64,000 nt of DNA from an uncultured Acidobacteriaceae bacterium (GTDB taxonomy: Bacteria; Acidobacteriota; Terriglobia; Terriglobales; Acidobacteriaceae), in the NCBI GenBank assembly GCA_963771965.1, contig CAVYVM010000003.1, positions 43,381-107,380 of the forward strand, read 5' to 3'. Shown one piece after another: positions 1 to 9,740 of the stretch (positions are counted from its first letter, which is position 1; each line of letters begins with the position of its first letter). The notes under the pieces were generated by a model. The model was not told where the DNA came from. It did not search any database and saw only the letters and a program-made list of their open reading frames with translations. A program made the translations under genes and the position numbers.

Positions 1-53
1 CTGAAGATTTCCTTGATCAACGTCGAGCCCTTTTGTGATTAAATGACCTCAAA

Positions 54-119
54 CGGCGATGGAGTTCGCCAATAACCGCCCTGCGGTGGCTGTTAGTTTT
101 AGGGCTGATAACTCCTACA
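54..119 (+). ncRNA. fluoride riboswitch (crcB RNA motif)
   Basis: GGCGATGGAGTTCGCC, then AACCGCC, a GCCCT...AGGGC stem, then CTGATAACTCCTAC. GGAGTT/AACTCC is pseudoknot-complementary. Lies directly upstream of crcB. Confidence 0.85.
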
Positions 120-140
120 AATTAAATCTTAAATTTGTAG
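115..140 (+). promoter_or_regulatory. hairpin (CTACAAAT / ATTTGTAG) overlapping the riboswitch 3' end; putative expression platform
   Basis: Perfect 8-bp inverted repeat. The 5' arm shares CTAC with the aptamer 3' end. AGAGG and the GTG start at 153 follow. Confidence 0.5.
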
Positions 141-152
141 AGAGGCTCCGTC

Positions 153-527
153 GTGAAGGACTACCTTGCAATCTCTCTTGCTGCCATTGTGGGTGCGAAT
201 CTGCGTTATCTGCTGAGCCGTCTCACTGCCGCAGAGCTAGGGTATTCTTTTCCTTACGGCACGCTCTTCATCAACCTCGTGGGCAGCCTCATCGTCGGCT
301 TCTTCGTCATCTGGACCAGTGAACGGGTCTTGGTCGATCCGCACTGGCGGTTGCTGGTTGTCGTTGGCTTCTGCGGTTCGTTCACTACTTTTTCCAGCTA
401 CGCCTTTGAAACCATGGCCTATTTCGACCAGGGCCAGTGGGGCCTCATGCTCGCCAACATCTTCAGCAATAATCTGCTCTGCTTAGGCGCGGCGTTGGCG
501 GGGATGGCTCTGGCGCGCGCGATTTGA
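153..527 (+). CDS. crcB: fluoride ion channel CrcB/FluC
   Basis: 124-aa, 4-TM protein with typical CrcB sequence (GANLRY, GTLFINLVGS, GFCGSFTTFS). Preceded by a fluoride riboswitch. GTG start. Confidence 0.9.
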   Translation: MKDYLAISLAAIVGANLRYLLSRLTAAELGYSFPYGTLFINLVGSLIVGFFVIWTSERVLVDPHWRLLVVVGFCGSFTTFSSYAFETMAYFDQGQWGLMLANIFSNNLLCLGAALAGMALARAI

Positions 528-535
528 TCCTGTGC

Positions 536-1081
536 ATGATTCCTACTCTCGAAACCGCGCGGCTCAGGCTGCGCCCGTATCGCGAATCCGACATCGCAGA
601 ACTCCTGCCCCTGATCGGCGCACGCGAAGTCGCGGCCACCACTCTGCGCATCCCGCATCCGTATACCGAGCAGAACGCGAAAGACTTCCTGGTTCTCCTA
701 CAAGACCCTGGCAGGATATGGTTGGCGATTTCACTACGCGGCGATGGCAGCCAAGTCGGCGGTATGGGCCTGACCGTCGATCTGCAACATCAGCACGCCG
801 AACTTGGCTACTGGCTGGGCGTGGCGCATTGGGGCAAAGGCTACGCCACCGAAGCTGCGCGGGAAATGCTGCGCTACGGATTCGAAGACCTTTGCCTCCA
901 CCGTATCTTTGCGTCGCATTTCAAACACAATCCTGCCTCCGGGCGCGTTCTGAGAAAGCTGGGCATGCGCCACGAGGGCTGTCAGCGGCAACATCTGCAT
1001 AAATGGGACCAGTTCGTCGATTCCGAACTCTTCGGCCTCTTGCGGCAAGAATGGGAGCTTTCTCGGGAGGTTCGCGAGTAA
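536..1081 (+). CDS. GNAT family N-acetyltransferase (RimJ/RimL-like)
   Basis: N-terminal TLETARLRLRP motif and GYWLG..WGKGYATEA acetyl-CoA site. The ATG at 536 is preferred over the TTG at 524. Confidence 0.8.
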   Translation: MIPTLETARLRLRPYRESDIAELLPLIGAREVAATTLRIPHPYTEQNAKDFLVLLQDPGRIWLAISLRGDGSQVGGMGLTVDLQHQHAELGYWLGVAHWGKGYATEAAREMLRYGFEDLCLHRIFASHFKHNPASGRVLRKLGMRHEGCQRQHLHKWDQFVDSELFGLLRQEWELSREVRE

Positions 1082-1082
1082 A

Positions 1083-1412
1083 ATGCCAAATGCGATGGCA
1101 GTGCAGGTCACAATTTATTTGAACGCCGGCGATAAGTGGCAGCGCCAGCCTCTGCATATGGAGATTCTCAATTACCTGCACAAGGAAAACGTCTATGCCG
1201 CTACCGCGTTTCATGCTGTGGCGGGATTCTTAGGACGAAGCCGCGTGGAAACGGCGCGCTTGATCGAAGCCGGTGGCAAGCTGCCGGTGATGATTGTCTT
1301 CGTTGATACGGATGAGCACGTGAGCCGCGTCCTGCCTACCTTGAAAGAAATGGCCGCGAATCGCCTGATCGTTCGCGAGAACGTCGTAATTGAGCAGGGG
1401 AATCTGGCCTGA
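1083..1412 (+). CDS. DUF190 (PII-like) domain protein
   Basis: 109 aa with the typical DUF190 pattern (YLH...GATV.rg..GFG ... P..I..VD). This family is known to co-occur with crcB and fluoride riboswitches. Confidence 0.75.
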   Translation: MPNAMAVQVTIYLNAGDKWQRQPLHMEILNYLHKENVYAATAFHAVAGFLGRSRVETARLIEAGGKLPVMIVFVDTDEHVSRVLPTLKEMAANRLIVRENVVIEQGNLA

Positions 1413-1413
1413 C

Positions 1414-2166
1414 ATGCCTGCTACTCCTCTCGATATTCTCGCCATTGCTGCGCACCGTGACGACGTTGAACAAACCTGCGGCGGAACGCTGCTGAAGGCG
1501 GCCCAACGCGGTCAGCGAACGGGCATTCTCGATCTCACGCAAGGCGAGATGGGTACCCGCGGCACTGCCGAAGACCGAGCAAGAGAAGCCGCAGATGCAG
1601 CGAAAATTCTGGGTGCGGGCTGGCGGCGTGCGCTCGATATTCCGGACGGACGCGTCGAAAATACCTGGGAGAACCGGCTCAAAGTTGCCAGCGTGATCCG
1701 TGAGACCCGCCCGCGCGTGATCATTCTTCCTTATTGGAAGGGACGCCATCCCGACCACTACACGGCTTCGATTCTAGGGTACGAGGCCTGTTTTCTTGCG
1801 GGGCTGTCGAAGCTCAATCATGCCGCTGCCGGCTCCGCGGCTGGGGAAACCACAAAGCTCCCGCCGCATCGTCCTTTCAAAATCATTTATGCCACGCTTT
1901 ACTACGACGTCCGCCCTACGTTCGTCGTGGATATAACCCAGCAGTTCGAACAGAAGTTCGCCTCGATCCTGGCTTACAAATCGCAGTTCAGCGACCAGGA
2001 GGCTGGCAAGGACCTCTTTCCTGCCCACGACGAAATTCACGCACGAGTCGAATCGATGGCGCGATTTTACGGCGCTCTCGGCGGCGTTACCTATGCCGAG
2101 CCGTTCGTGCAGAAGGAAGTCGGGCTCGTTGAGGATTTGTTGGCGATTCCGGTGAAATCTATCTAG
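1414..2166 (+). CDS. PIG-L/LmbE family deacetylase (BshB1-like)
   Basis: LAIAAHRDDVEQTCGGTL and HPDH motifs of the LmbE/PIG-L zinc deacetylases. The start is taken at the second ATG, just after the DUF190 stop. Confidence 0.8.
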   Translation: MPATPLDILAIAAHRDDVEQTCGGTLLKAAQRGQRTGILDLTQGEMGTRGTAEDRAREAADAAKILGAGWRRALDIPDGRVENTWENRLKVASVIRETRPRVIILPYWKGRHPDHYTASILGYEACFLAGLSKLNHAAAGSAAGETTKLPPHRPFKIIYATLYYDVRPTFVVDITQQFEQKFASILAYKSQFSDQEAGKDLFPAHDEIHARVESMARFYGALGGVTYAEPFVQKEVGLVEDLLAIPVKSI

Positions 2167-2376
2167 ACTTCGCCGGTTTGTGGTTTCCTGCGGCGTCGTA
2201 CACAATCGATCGAAAGTCGGGCACAAAACGCGCCGAGTAGACCCTACCCTCCTCAAAGGTCAGACGCAGGTAGGCCTGGAGACAATTTGCTCTGCGGCGA
2301 TTGCCTTACCTAGCAGGAACAGCAGGACTAGCGTAGCAGCCAGAAGCACCTTTACCGGCGATGGGAGAATCCTCAC

Positions 2377-4116
2377 TCACCACCGTACTTGCCACCGTTG
2401 GGCCTTGAGACGCCTTGGTTGTCCGCCGGAGGTGCCTATGAGAGTGTCTAACGCAGCCGCTAGATCGCGGGCCGATTGAAATCGATTCTCCGGTTCCTTT
2501 TCCAGACACTGTAGGACGATTTGTTGGAATGATACGGGGACCCCGGCCCGCTCCAGATCGATTTCGGGAGGACCTTCCTGAACCATTGCGATCATCGTGT
2601 CAACATCGGTCTTGCCTGTAAAGGCTCGGCGGCCAGTCAACATTTCATAAAGAATCGCGCCCACGCTAAAGATGTCGCTGCGTTGGTCTACTATCTTGCC
2701 CCGCATTTGCTCGGGCGACATGCATGAGGGGGTTAACTCCTCGACGGAGCGTTCGTATTCTGCCGGCTCGGATTGCAACCTAGCGGCTCCGAAGAAAATC
2801 TTGATCCGGCCGAAGGTCAGAAATAAATTTTCCGGCCTGAGGTCACGGTGAATGATGTGGCGGCGATGAGCCGCGATGAGGCCTTGAACAATTTGTGACG
2901 AGTAATTGACGGCTAGGCGAACGGGCAGTGCTCCTTCCGTCAGCCGCTTACGCAGAGTTTGGCCTTCCAGCAATTCGCAAACGATGTAAAGCGCCCCATC
3001 GTCGAAGCCCACGTCATAAATGGCGACGATGTTAGGGTGATTCATCGAAGCCACGGCGCGAGCTTCCAGTTCAAAACAGCGCAGATGATCGGGGCTGCCG
3101 TTCGAGGCTGGCCGGAAAAGCTTCAGAGCGACATCGCGCCCTAGCCGTTCATCACGCGCCCGGAAAGCCTCGCCCATGGCTCCCGCCCCGATTTTTTCGA
3201 GGATTCGGTAATGACCTATGACTCGTTCGGAAGCGCTAGGCGCAGCGTCCAATGCAGCCGCCAAGTCTCGCGCCGATTGAAAGCGATTCTCCGGTTCCTT
3301 TTTCAGACAACGTCGGACGATCTCCTGGAGTGGCCAGGGGATGCCTGCCTGCTCCAGATCGATTTTGGGAGGTTCTTTCGTAGCCACCGAAATCATCGTG
3401 TCAAGCTTGGTTTCGCCTGGAAAGGCCCGGTGGCCAGTCAACATCTCATAAAGAATCGAGCCCATGCTAAAGAGGTCGCTACGGTGGTCCACTTTCTGGC
3501 TACGCACTTGTTCGGGCGACATATACGGGGGCGTACCAATCAGGAAGCCAGCCTTCGTGACCGTGGTTAACTCTTCCACGGGGCGTCCGGATTCGGGTTG
3601 CACCTTAGCGACTCCGAAGTCGAGAATCTTGGCTCGGCCGTCGGTGGTCAGAAATAGGTTTTCCGGCTTGAGGTCACGGTGGGTGATCTGCTGATCATGA
3701 GCAGCGATAAGGCCTTGAACAATTTGCAACGAGTAGTCGACGGCTAGGCGAACAGGTAGTGCTCCTTCCGACAGCCGTTTACGCAGGGTCTGGCCTTCCA
3801 GCAATTCGCAAACGATGTAGGGCGAGCCTTCGTGCAATCCGACGTCATAAACGGCAACAATGTTGGGGTGATTCAGCGACGCTGCGGCGCGGGCTTCCAG
3901 TTCGAACCGGCGGCGATGATCGGGATTGTCGTTTGAGGATGGTTTAATCAGCTTCAGCGCTACATCGCGCCCCAGCCGTTCATCACGCGCCCGGAAAACT
4001 TCGCCCATGGCTCCCGCCCCGATTTTCTCGAGGATTCGGTAGTGACCTATAATTTGGTCAGGCATACTGCAACGGCGCCCCGCTGGAATGTTAGGACTGA
4101 TATCCCTTGCCGTCAA
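2377..4116 (-). CDS. soluble tandem Ser/Thr protein kinase: intact kinase domain plus degenerate second kinase domain
   Basis: Two copies of IGHYRILEKIGAGAMGE...VALKL...HRDL.PENL. The first has a DFG motif. The second has FFG and a shortened activation segment. Confidence 0.85.
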   Translation of the reverse strand: MTARDISPNIPAGRRCSMPDQIIGHYRILEKIGAGAMGEVFRARDERLGRDVALKLIKPSSNDNPDHRRRFELEARAAASLNHPNIVAVYDVGLHEGSPYIVCELLEGQTLRKRLSEGALPVRLAVDYSLQIVQGLIAAHDQQITHRDLKPENLFLTTDGRAKILDFGVAKVQPESGRPVEELTTVTKAGFLIGTPPYMSPEQVRSQKVDHRSDLFSMGSILYEMLTGHRAFPGETKLDTMISVATKEPPKIDLEQAGIPWPLQEIVRRCLKKEPENRFQSARDLAAALDAAPSASERVIGHYRILEKIGAGAMGEAFRARDERLGRDVALKLFRPASNGSPDHLRCFELEARAVASMNHPNIVAIYDVGFDDGALYIVCELLEGQTLRKRLTEGALPVRLAVNYSSQIVQGLIAAHRRHIIHRDLRPENLFLTFGRIKIFFGAARLQSEPAEYERSVEELTPSCMSPEQMRGKIVDQRSDIFSVGAILYEMLTGRRAFTGKTDVDTMIAMVQEGPPEIDLERAGVPVSFQQIVLQCLEKEPENRFQSARDLAAALDTLIGTSGGQPRRLKAQRWQVRW

Positions 4117-4451
4117 TAGTGGAGACGAGCCGGAAAGTGGCTATTTTTCGCGCAAAAATGAGATCCAAAATGAAAGGGGAAGCTCTATATACGGCTTTTT
4201 GTAGCACCTTTCGCAAATGGCTGCAGTGTCCGGCGATCCCTGAACTCTAATCTACATACTGCCGCTTCCTCGCATGGTTTGCTGCCATGTTCGTGACTCT
4301 CGGATACGCAGACGCATTCGCTTTCTTCCATGGATAGGGCGATTCTATAGATAAGGCGACTCTCTAGATAAGTCGATCCTCTCTCCATCTCTTATCTCCA
4401 CACAAAGCAAATTCAGCCACTACCGAAGAACCAGCCTTACGTGATCTTCTC

Positions 4452-5132
4452 TTACCTCTTCAACGCCACAGCCAGCCCGTCTCGAATCGGCAGGATTGTC
4501 GTGTAGAAATCCCCGGAATTGTAGAGCAGCCGGTTGAACTCGAGGATCGCCTTGGTTCGCGGCTCCTTAGGATTTTTCTCCGCGACCCTGCCGCTCCACA
4601 AAACGTTGTCGGTGATGAACAAGCCGCCCTTCCGCAGGCGCGGTGAAATCAGGCGCAGCACGCGCGGATAATCTTCTTTGTCGACATCGTTAAAGATGAC
4701 GTCAAATTGCTGCTTTTGTTCGGAAAGAACTTCAAGCGCATCGCCCGTATGAAGCGTGATGCGCTTGGAAACGCCTGCGCGATCGAAGTATCTGCGCGCC
4801 CGCTCGGCATTCTTAGGGTCGCCATCCGTATAGATGACACTTCCCTTTTCGCCGACCGCCTGCGCCCACCAGATAGTCGAATATCCAATGGCCGATCCCA
4901 ACTCGAAAACAGTTTTTGCGTTAATGGTCAGCGCAAGTTGCTGAAGCACGCGCGCGACGGCCGGACCGACGATAGGAATATCGTGCTTGCTGGCGTAGTC
5001 TTCCATTTCCTGCAGCACCGGCTCCCGCTTCGGCAGCAAGGAATACATGTAATCGTCGACCGGTCCGGCCGTAGCGAGATCAAAGTGTCGCCAACTTGGT
5101 CTTGCTTCTTCTTTCGGCTTTGCTTGCGCCAT
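4452..5132 (-). CDS. class I SAM-dependent O-methyltransferase (caffeoyl-CoA OMT-like)
   Basis: VFELGSAIGYST SAM-binding motif and DVIFNDVDKEDY. Start taken at the internal ATG (MAQAKPK). Confidence 0.8.
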   Translation of the reverse strand: MAQAKPKEEARPSWRHFDLATAGPVDDYMYSLLPKREPVLQEMEDYASKHDIPIVGPAVARVLQQLALTINAKTVFELGSAIGYSTIWWAQAVGEKGSVIYTDGDPKNAERARRYFDRAGVSKRITLHTGDALEVLSEQKQQFDVIFNDVDKEDYPRVLRLISPRLRKGGLFITDNVLWSGRVAEKNPKEPRTKAILEFNRLLYNSGDFYTTILPIRDGLAVALKR

Positions 5133-5173
5133 GAATCCTTCTCGACTTTCAGTTGACTGCAAAATGTTTGGTT

Positions 5174-5878
5174 TCAGTTGCTGATGGTTTCGCCGGGTTT
5201 CATTGCCAGAATTTCCACGTCTGGCACCAGCTTTTGCAAGTCGTTCGGCGTCCCGGTCAAAACCGGGAACGTTCCAAAATGCATGGGGATCACGGTTTTC
5301 GGTTTGAGAAGCTTGCACGCGTAGGCCGCCTCTCGCGGGCCCATCGTGAAGTGGTCACCAATCGGCAGCATCACGATTTCAGGAGCATAAAGTTCGCGGA
5401 TGATGGCCATGTCCCCAAACACATTCGTATCGCCAGCGTGATATATTTTGACTCCGTTCTCGAACTCGATGACGTAGCCAACCGCCTCGCCTCCATAGAT
5501 AATCTGATCGCCATCCTGAATGCCGCAAGAGTGGTCGGCATGCACCATGGTGATTTTGATATCGCTGATTTTCTGCGTACCGCCCTTGTTCATCATGGCG
5601 ATTTTTTTGGCGCCCTTCTTCTGCAGCCACCCGCACAACTCAGGAATTCCGACGATTTGCGGATTGTGCTGCTTGATGACCTCGACCGCGTCTCCAATGT
5701 GGTCGCCGTGACCGTGCGTGCATAAAAGCAAATCGACGTTCTTCACCTTCTTTTCCGACGATGGGCACATCGGGTTGTTCATGATCCATGGATCGATGAT
5801 GACAGTTTGGCCGCCAGGCGTGACGATGCGGAATGTCGCATGCCCCAGCCATGTAAGTTGAATGCCTTTCAAATCCAT
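5174..5878 (-). CDS. metallo-beta-lactamase fold hydrolase (UPF0173-like)
   Basis: LTWLGHATF, CTHGHGDH (HxHxDH) motif. Confidence 0.8.
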   Translation of the reverse strand: MDLKGIQLTWLGHATFRIVTPGGQTVIIDPWIMNNPMCPSSEKKVKNVDLLLCTHGHGDHIGDAVEVIKQHNPQIVGIPELCGWLQKKGAKKIAMMNKGGTQKISDIKITMVHADHSCGIQDGDQIIYGGEAVGYVIEFENGVKIYHAGDTNVFGDMAIIRELYAPEIVMLPIGDHFTMGPREAAYACKLLKPKTVIPMHFGTFPVLTGTPNDLQKLVPDVEILAMKPGETISN

Positions 5879-5965
5879 AAATAGAGACTCCGGGTGCTTC
5901 CTCGCTTTAAGACACGTACTCCACACCTCACCGAGGGCAGCCGCTTTAGTTTAATATGAAACGCC

Positions 5966-6517
5966 ATGACAGAACTCAAGGTGCTGATTTCGCGCGATGA
6001 GATTGCGAAACGAGTCATAGAACTGGGCGCGGAGATCACTCGCGACTTCGCCGGCCAACCCGTGCTCTTTGTAGGCGTATTGAAGGGCTCGGCAATTTTT
6101 CTCGCCGACTTGGCACGGCAGGTGAAGCTCGACGCGACCTTTGATTTCATCGGCGTCTCCAGCTACGGAAATCGCCCCAGCCCTTCGCAGGAGCTCAAGA
6201 GTGGATGGGACTCAACCGGAGAGGTGAAGCTGACGAAGGATGTCGACCAGTCTCTGAAAGACAAAAATGTAATCGTGGTCGAAGATATTCTGGATACAGG
6301 GTTGACGCTCACCGTCCTGAAGAAATTATTGTTAGCCCATCAACCCAAGTCGCTGAAAATCGCTGCACTTCTCGATAAACCCTCGCGCCGCAAACTGTCT
6401 CTCAAGGGCGACTACGTCGGATTCACCATCCCCGACGAATTTGTTGTTGGTTATGGTCTCGATTATGCCGAACGCTATCGCAACCTTGCCGATGTCTGCA
6501 TCGTGCCCCGCGAGTAA
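5966..6517 (+). CDS. hpt: hypoxanthine phosphoribosyltransferase
   Basis: VIVVEDILDTGLT PRPP-binding motif, GYGLDYAERYRNL C-terminus. Confidence 0.9.
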   Translation: MTELKVLISRDEIAKRVIELGAEITRDFAGQPVLFVGVLKGSAIFLADLARQVKLDATFDFIGVSSYGNRPSPSQELKSGWDSTGEVKLTKDVDQSLKDKNVIVVEDILDTGLTLTVLKKLLLAHQPKSLKIAALLDKPSRRKLSLKGDYVGFTIPDEFVVGYGLDYAERYRNLADVCIVPRE

Positions 6518-6547
6518 CCAAATCGACGCCTGTTATCATAGAAAAAA

Positions 6548-8329
6548 ATGGGGTCCACTCTGAATAAGCAGGAAAATCATCTGCACGTCGAACCGTTTTT
6601 GCTCGAGGTTGCCGACGTAATGTCGACGTCGCTCGACCTGGATACGACTCTGCGCCGAGTCGCGGAAATCGTGCAAAAAGTCATCGACTACGAGATTTTC
6701 GCCATACTCCTGCTCAATGAGAAGACTCAGGAATTACGCTTTCGCTTTCAAGTGGGATATCCACCGGAGTTTGCCGAGCGTGCCCGCGTCAAAGTTGGCG
6801 AAGGAGTAACCGGACAATCGGCCCAGTTGCGGCAAACGATTTTTGTCGACGACGTCACCAAAGATCCGCGGTACATAGCCGCCCTCCCCAACGTGTGCTC
6901 GGAGTTGGCCGTGCCACTGATCGCGAAAAATCGCGTCATCGGTGTCATCGATCTGGAGGCCCGCACGCCGGGCTATTTCACCGAAGAGCATAGCCGGCTG
7001 CTGACGCTGCTCGCTTCAAGAATCGCCAGCGGAATCGAAAACGCGCAGCTTTACACTCGCACCACTCGGCAAGCCCGCATCCTCGGACTGCTGAACGATA
7101 TTGCCCGCGAGCTATCGTCCATCTTGAATCTCGACGAACTGCTAAGCCGGGTCGCCGAACTTTTGCGCAAGCTGATCGACTACCAGATGTTCAGCATTCT
7201 GTTGCTCGATGCTTCCGGCGAAAAGCTGCAGCATCGTTTCTCGCTGCGCTTCCACGAAAATATCCATCTCAAGCATGAGGTTCCCTTGGGACGCGGGCTC
7301 GTCGGGCATGCCGCACAAAGTGGACATGCGATCTTGGTGCCCGATGTGACCAAGGATCCTCGCTATGTCGAGGGGAATCCTGAAACCCGCTCCGAGCTAG
7401 CTGTGCCTCTGATTTACAAAGATAAAGTGATCGGTGTGCTCGACCTGGAGCACACGCGGCGCGGTTTTTTTACCGATGACCACCGGCGCACCATGATGAC
7501 GTTGGCCGCGCAAGTCGCGATTGCGATCGAAAACGCGCGCCTGTACGAGGAAATTGCGCGTCAGGAACGCCGCCTGGAGCGGGACTTGGCGCTGGCTCGC
7601 GAATTGCAAATGCGCCTGCTCCCACAGGCGCGCCCCAAGCTCGCGCATTTGGATGTTGCCGCGAAATTTATTCCGGCTCGTGCCATCGGCGGGGATTTGT
7701 ACGACTTCATTCCCTATTCTCTTTCGCGCCTGGGAATTGTCATTGGCGATGTGAGCGGCAAGGGTGCTCCTGCTGCTATTTATGCCGCGCTGGTGAGCGG
7801 CATTCTGCGCTCCCACGCGCCCATCGAGCCGGGCCCTGCCGAAATGCTCAAGGCGGTCAACATGTCGCTGGCAGAGCGGCGGATTGAAGCGCAATTCGTT
7901 TCGCTCATCTATGCGGTTTGGGAGGATGAGCAGCGCACACTCTTGGTGGCCAACTCGGGTCTACCACGCCCAGTCTACGTGCACGATGGCAAGAATCAGG
8001 TGATTGAGGCCACGGGCCTGCCGCTTGGCCTTTTCGATGACGCGGACTACGACGAGTTTACCTTTCGAATGAAGCCCGGAGACATGTTTGTATTTTTCAG
8101 CGACGGCATTCTCGACGCGCGCAATCGCAAAGGAGAACTGTTTGGCCGCGGACGGGTGGAGAAAATTATTGCGGACTGCGCCGGCAAATCCGCAGACTGC
8201 GTCGTGGACTCTCTTTTCAAAGCGGCGGCCGAGCATTCTGCCGGTGTTGAGACTTTCGACGATCAAACGGTGGTTGCGATTAAGGTGAAAGATGGTCCTC
8301 CTGTCTCTGGGTCGGCCAAGCGAAAATGA
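6548..8329 (+). CDS. GAF-GAF-PP2C (SpoIIE/RsbU-type) serine phosphatase
   Basis: Two GAF repeats (SELAVPL..K..VIGV.DLE), then a PP2C region (GGDLYDF, GDVSGKG, FFSDGI). Confidence 0.85.
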   Translation: MGSTLNKQENHLHVEPFLLEVADVMSTSLDLDTTLRRVAEIVQKVIDYEIFAILLLNEKTQELRFRFQVGYPPEFAERARVKVGEGVTGQSAQLRQTIFVDDVTKDPRYIAALPNVCSELAVPLIAKNRVIGVIDLEARTPGYFTEEHSRLLTLLASRIASGIENAQLYTRTTRQARILGLLNDIARELSSILNLDELLSRVAELLRKLIDYQMFSILLLDASGEKLQHRFSLRFHENIHLKHEVPLGRGLVGHAAQSGHAILVPDVTKDPRYVEGNPETRSELAVPLIYKDKVIGVLDLEHTRRGFFTDDHRRTMMTLAAQVAIAIENARLYEEIARQERRLERDLALARELQMRLLPQARPKLAHLDVAAKFIPARAIGGDLYDFIPYSLSRLGIVIGDVSGKGAPAAIYAALVSGILRSHAPIEPGPAEMLKAVNMSLAERRIEAQFVSLIYAVWEDEQRTLLVANSGLPRPVYVHDGKNQVIEATGLPLGLFDDADYDEFTFRMKPGDMFVFFSDGILDARNRKGELFGRGRVEKIIADCAGKSADCVVDSLFKAAAEHSAGVETFDDQTVVAIKVKDGPPVSGSAKRK

Positions 8330-9687
8330 CCCGGTCCACCCGAGTTACGCGAGCGCCGAACCTTTATCCCGAGCGGCCCCCGGGATTTGTCTTTCGTCAG
8401 CAGAAAAAAAAACGAGCAACGCCTGCTGGGGATCGCGACGAGCTGCACTGTGACAATGTGCCGTTAGCGGCGCTTGCCGAACGTTACGGAACTCCTCTCT
8501 ACGTTTACTCGGAGACTGCAATTCGGGAGCGGCTGGCGACGTTTGAGAAGGCTTTTCGGAATGTCCGGCATACTATTTGTTACTCCGTAAAAGCAAACTC
8601 GAACGTCAGTATCCTTCGTCTGCTGGCGCGGCAGCGATGCGGCTTCGACGTTGTGTCAGGCGGAGAACTGGAGCGCGTGCTGGTTGCCGACCGCCGTGCC
8701 GCAAAGAAAGTCGTCTTCTCCGGCGTCGGCAAATCCCGTGAGGAGATGACCGCCGCACTGAAGGCTGGCATTCTCTTGTTTAACGTAGAAAGCGCCTCGG
8801 AACTCACGGCCTTGAGCGAGTGCGCATCGAAACTGCGCAAAACCGCGCGCGTTGCTCTCCGAGTCAACCCTGACGTTGCCGCAGATACGCACCCTTACAT
8901 CTCTACTGGTCTACATAAACACAAGTTCGGAGTGCCCATCCGCGGGGCGCGCGCGCTCTACGCTGAAACCCCTCGATCGCAATATCTGAAAGTTGCAGGT
9001 GTGAGTGTGCACATCGGATCACAGATCACCGATGTGGCGCCCTTCGCGGAAACGGTGGTGCGGCTTGCCGACTTTGTTCGCGATCTGCGCGTCGACGGAC
9101 ACAAGATCGACTACGTCGACATTGGCGGTGGCCTTGGTATTGCTTATCAAGAACCCGCCGCAGATCTTGCCGATTATGTTGCAGCCTACGCGCAAGCTGT
9201 GACGCGTCCGTTGCGCGGTTTGAATGTGCACCTGTTGCTCGAGCCGGGCAGGTCGATTGTTGGCTCAGCTGGCGCTCTGCTCACATCGGTGATCTACATA
9301 AAAGACAACGACGGCAAGCGCTTTCTGGTTGTAGACGCGGCGATGAACGATCTGATCCGGCCGGCGCTTTACAGCGCGTACCATGAAATCGTTCCTGTAG
9401 TTAGAAATCCACAATCAGCAATTGAAGACTCGTCAGATAAACCAGAGACCGTCGATGTCGTGGGCCCCGTGTGCGAATCCGGAGACTTCTTCGCACGTGA
9501 TCGCGAGTTGCCCCGAGTCGAAGAGGGTGACTTGCTTGCGATTCTGGACGCCGGAGCTTATGGAATGGCACTGGCGTCAAACTACAACACTCGTCCACGG
9601 CCTGCGGAAATTCTAGTCCGCAGAAAGTCGGCGAAGATCATCAGGCGGCGGGAGAAAGTGCATGACCTCTACTCGGCCGAACTCTAG
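8326..9687 (+). CDS. lysA: diaminopimelate decarboxylase
   Basis: GTPLYVY, YSVKANSN (PLP lysine), EPGRSIVG, GPVCESGD motifs. Confidence 0.9.
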   Translation: MTRSTRVTRAPNLYPERPPGFVFRQQKKKRATPAGDRDELHCDNVPLAALAERYGTPLYVYSETAIRERLATFEKAFRNVRHTICYSVKANSNVSILRLLARQRCGFDVVSGGELERVLVADRRAAKKVVFSGVGKSREEMTAALKAGILLFNVESASELTALSECASKLRKTARVALRVNPDVAADTHPYISTGLHKHKFGVPIRGARALYAETPRSQYLKVAGVSVHIGSQITDVAPFAETVVRLADFVRDLRVDGHKIDYVDIGGGLGIAYQEPAADLADYVAAYAQAVTRPLRGLNVHLLLEPGRSIVGSAGALLTSVIYIKDNDGKRFLVVDAAMNDLIRPALYSAYHEIVPVVRNPQSAIEDSSDKPETVDVVGPVCESGDFFARDRELPRVEEGDLLAILDAGAYGMALASNYNTRPRPAEILVRRKSAKIIRRREKVHDLYSAEL

Positions 9688-9740
9688 CCGAGAACTCAGC
9701 CTTAACTTTGCTCGATAACGTTTAATTTTGCACCTGCACT

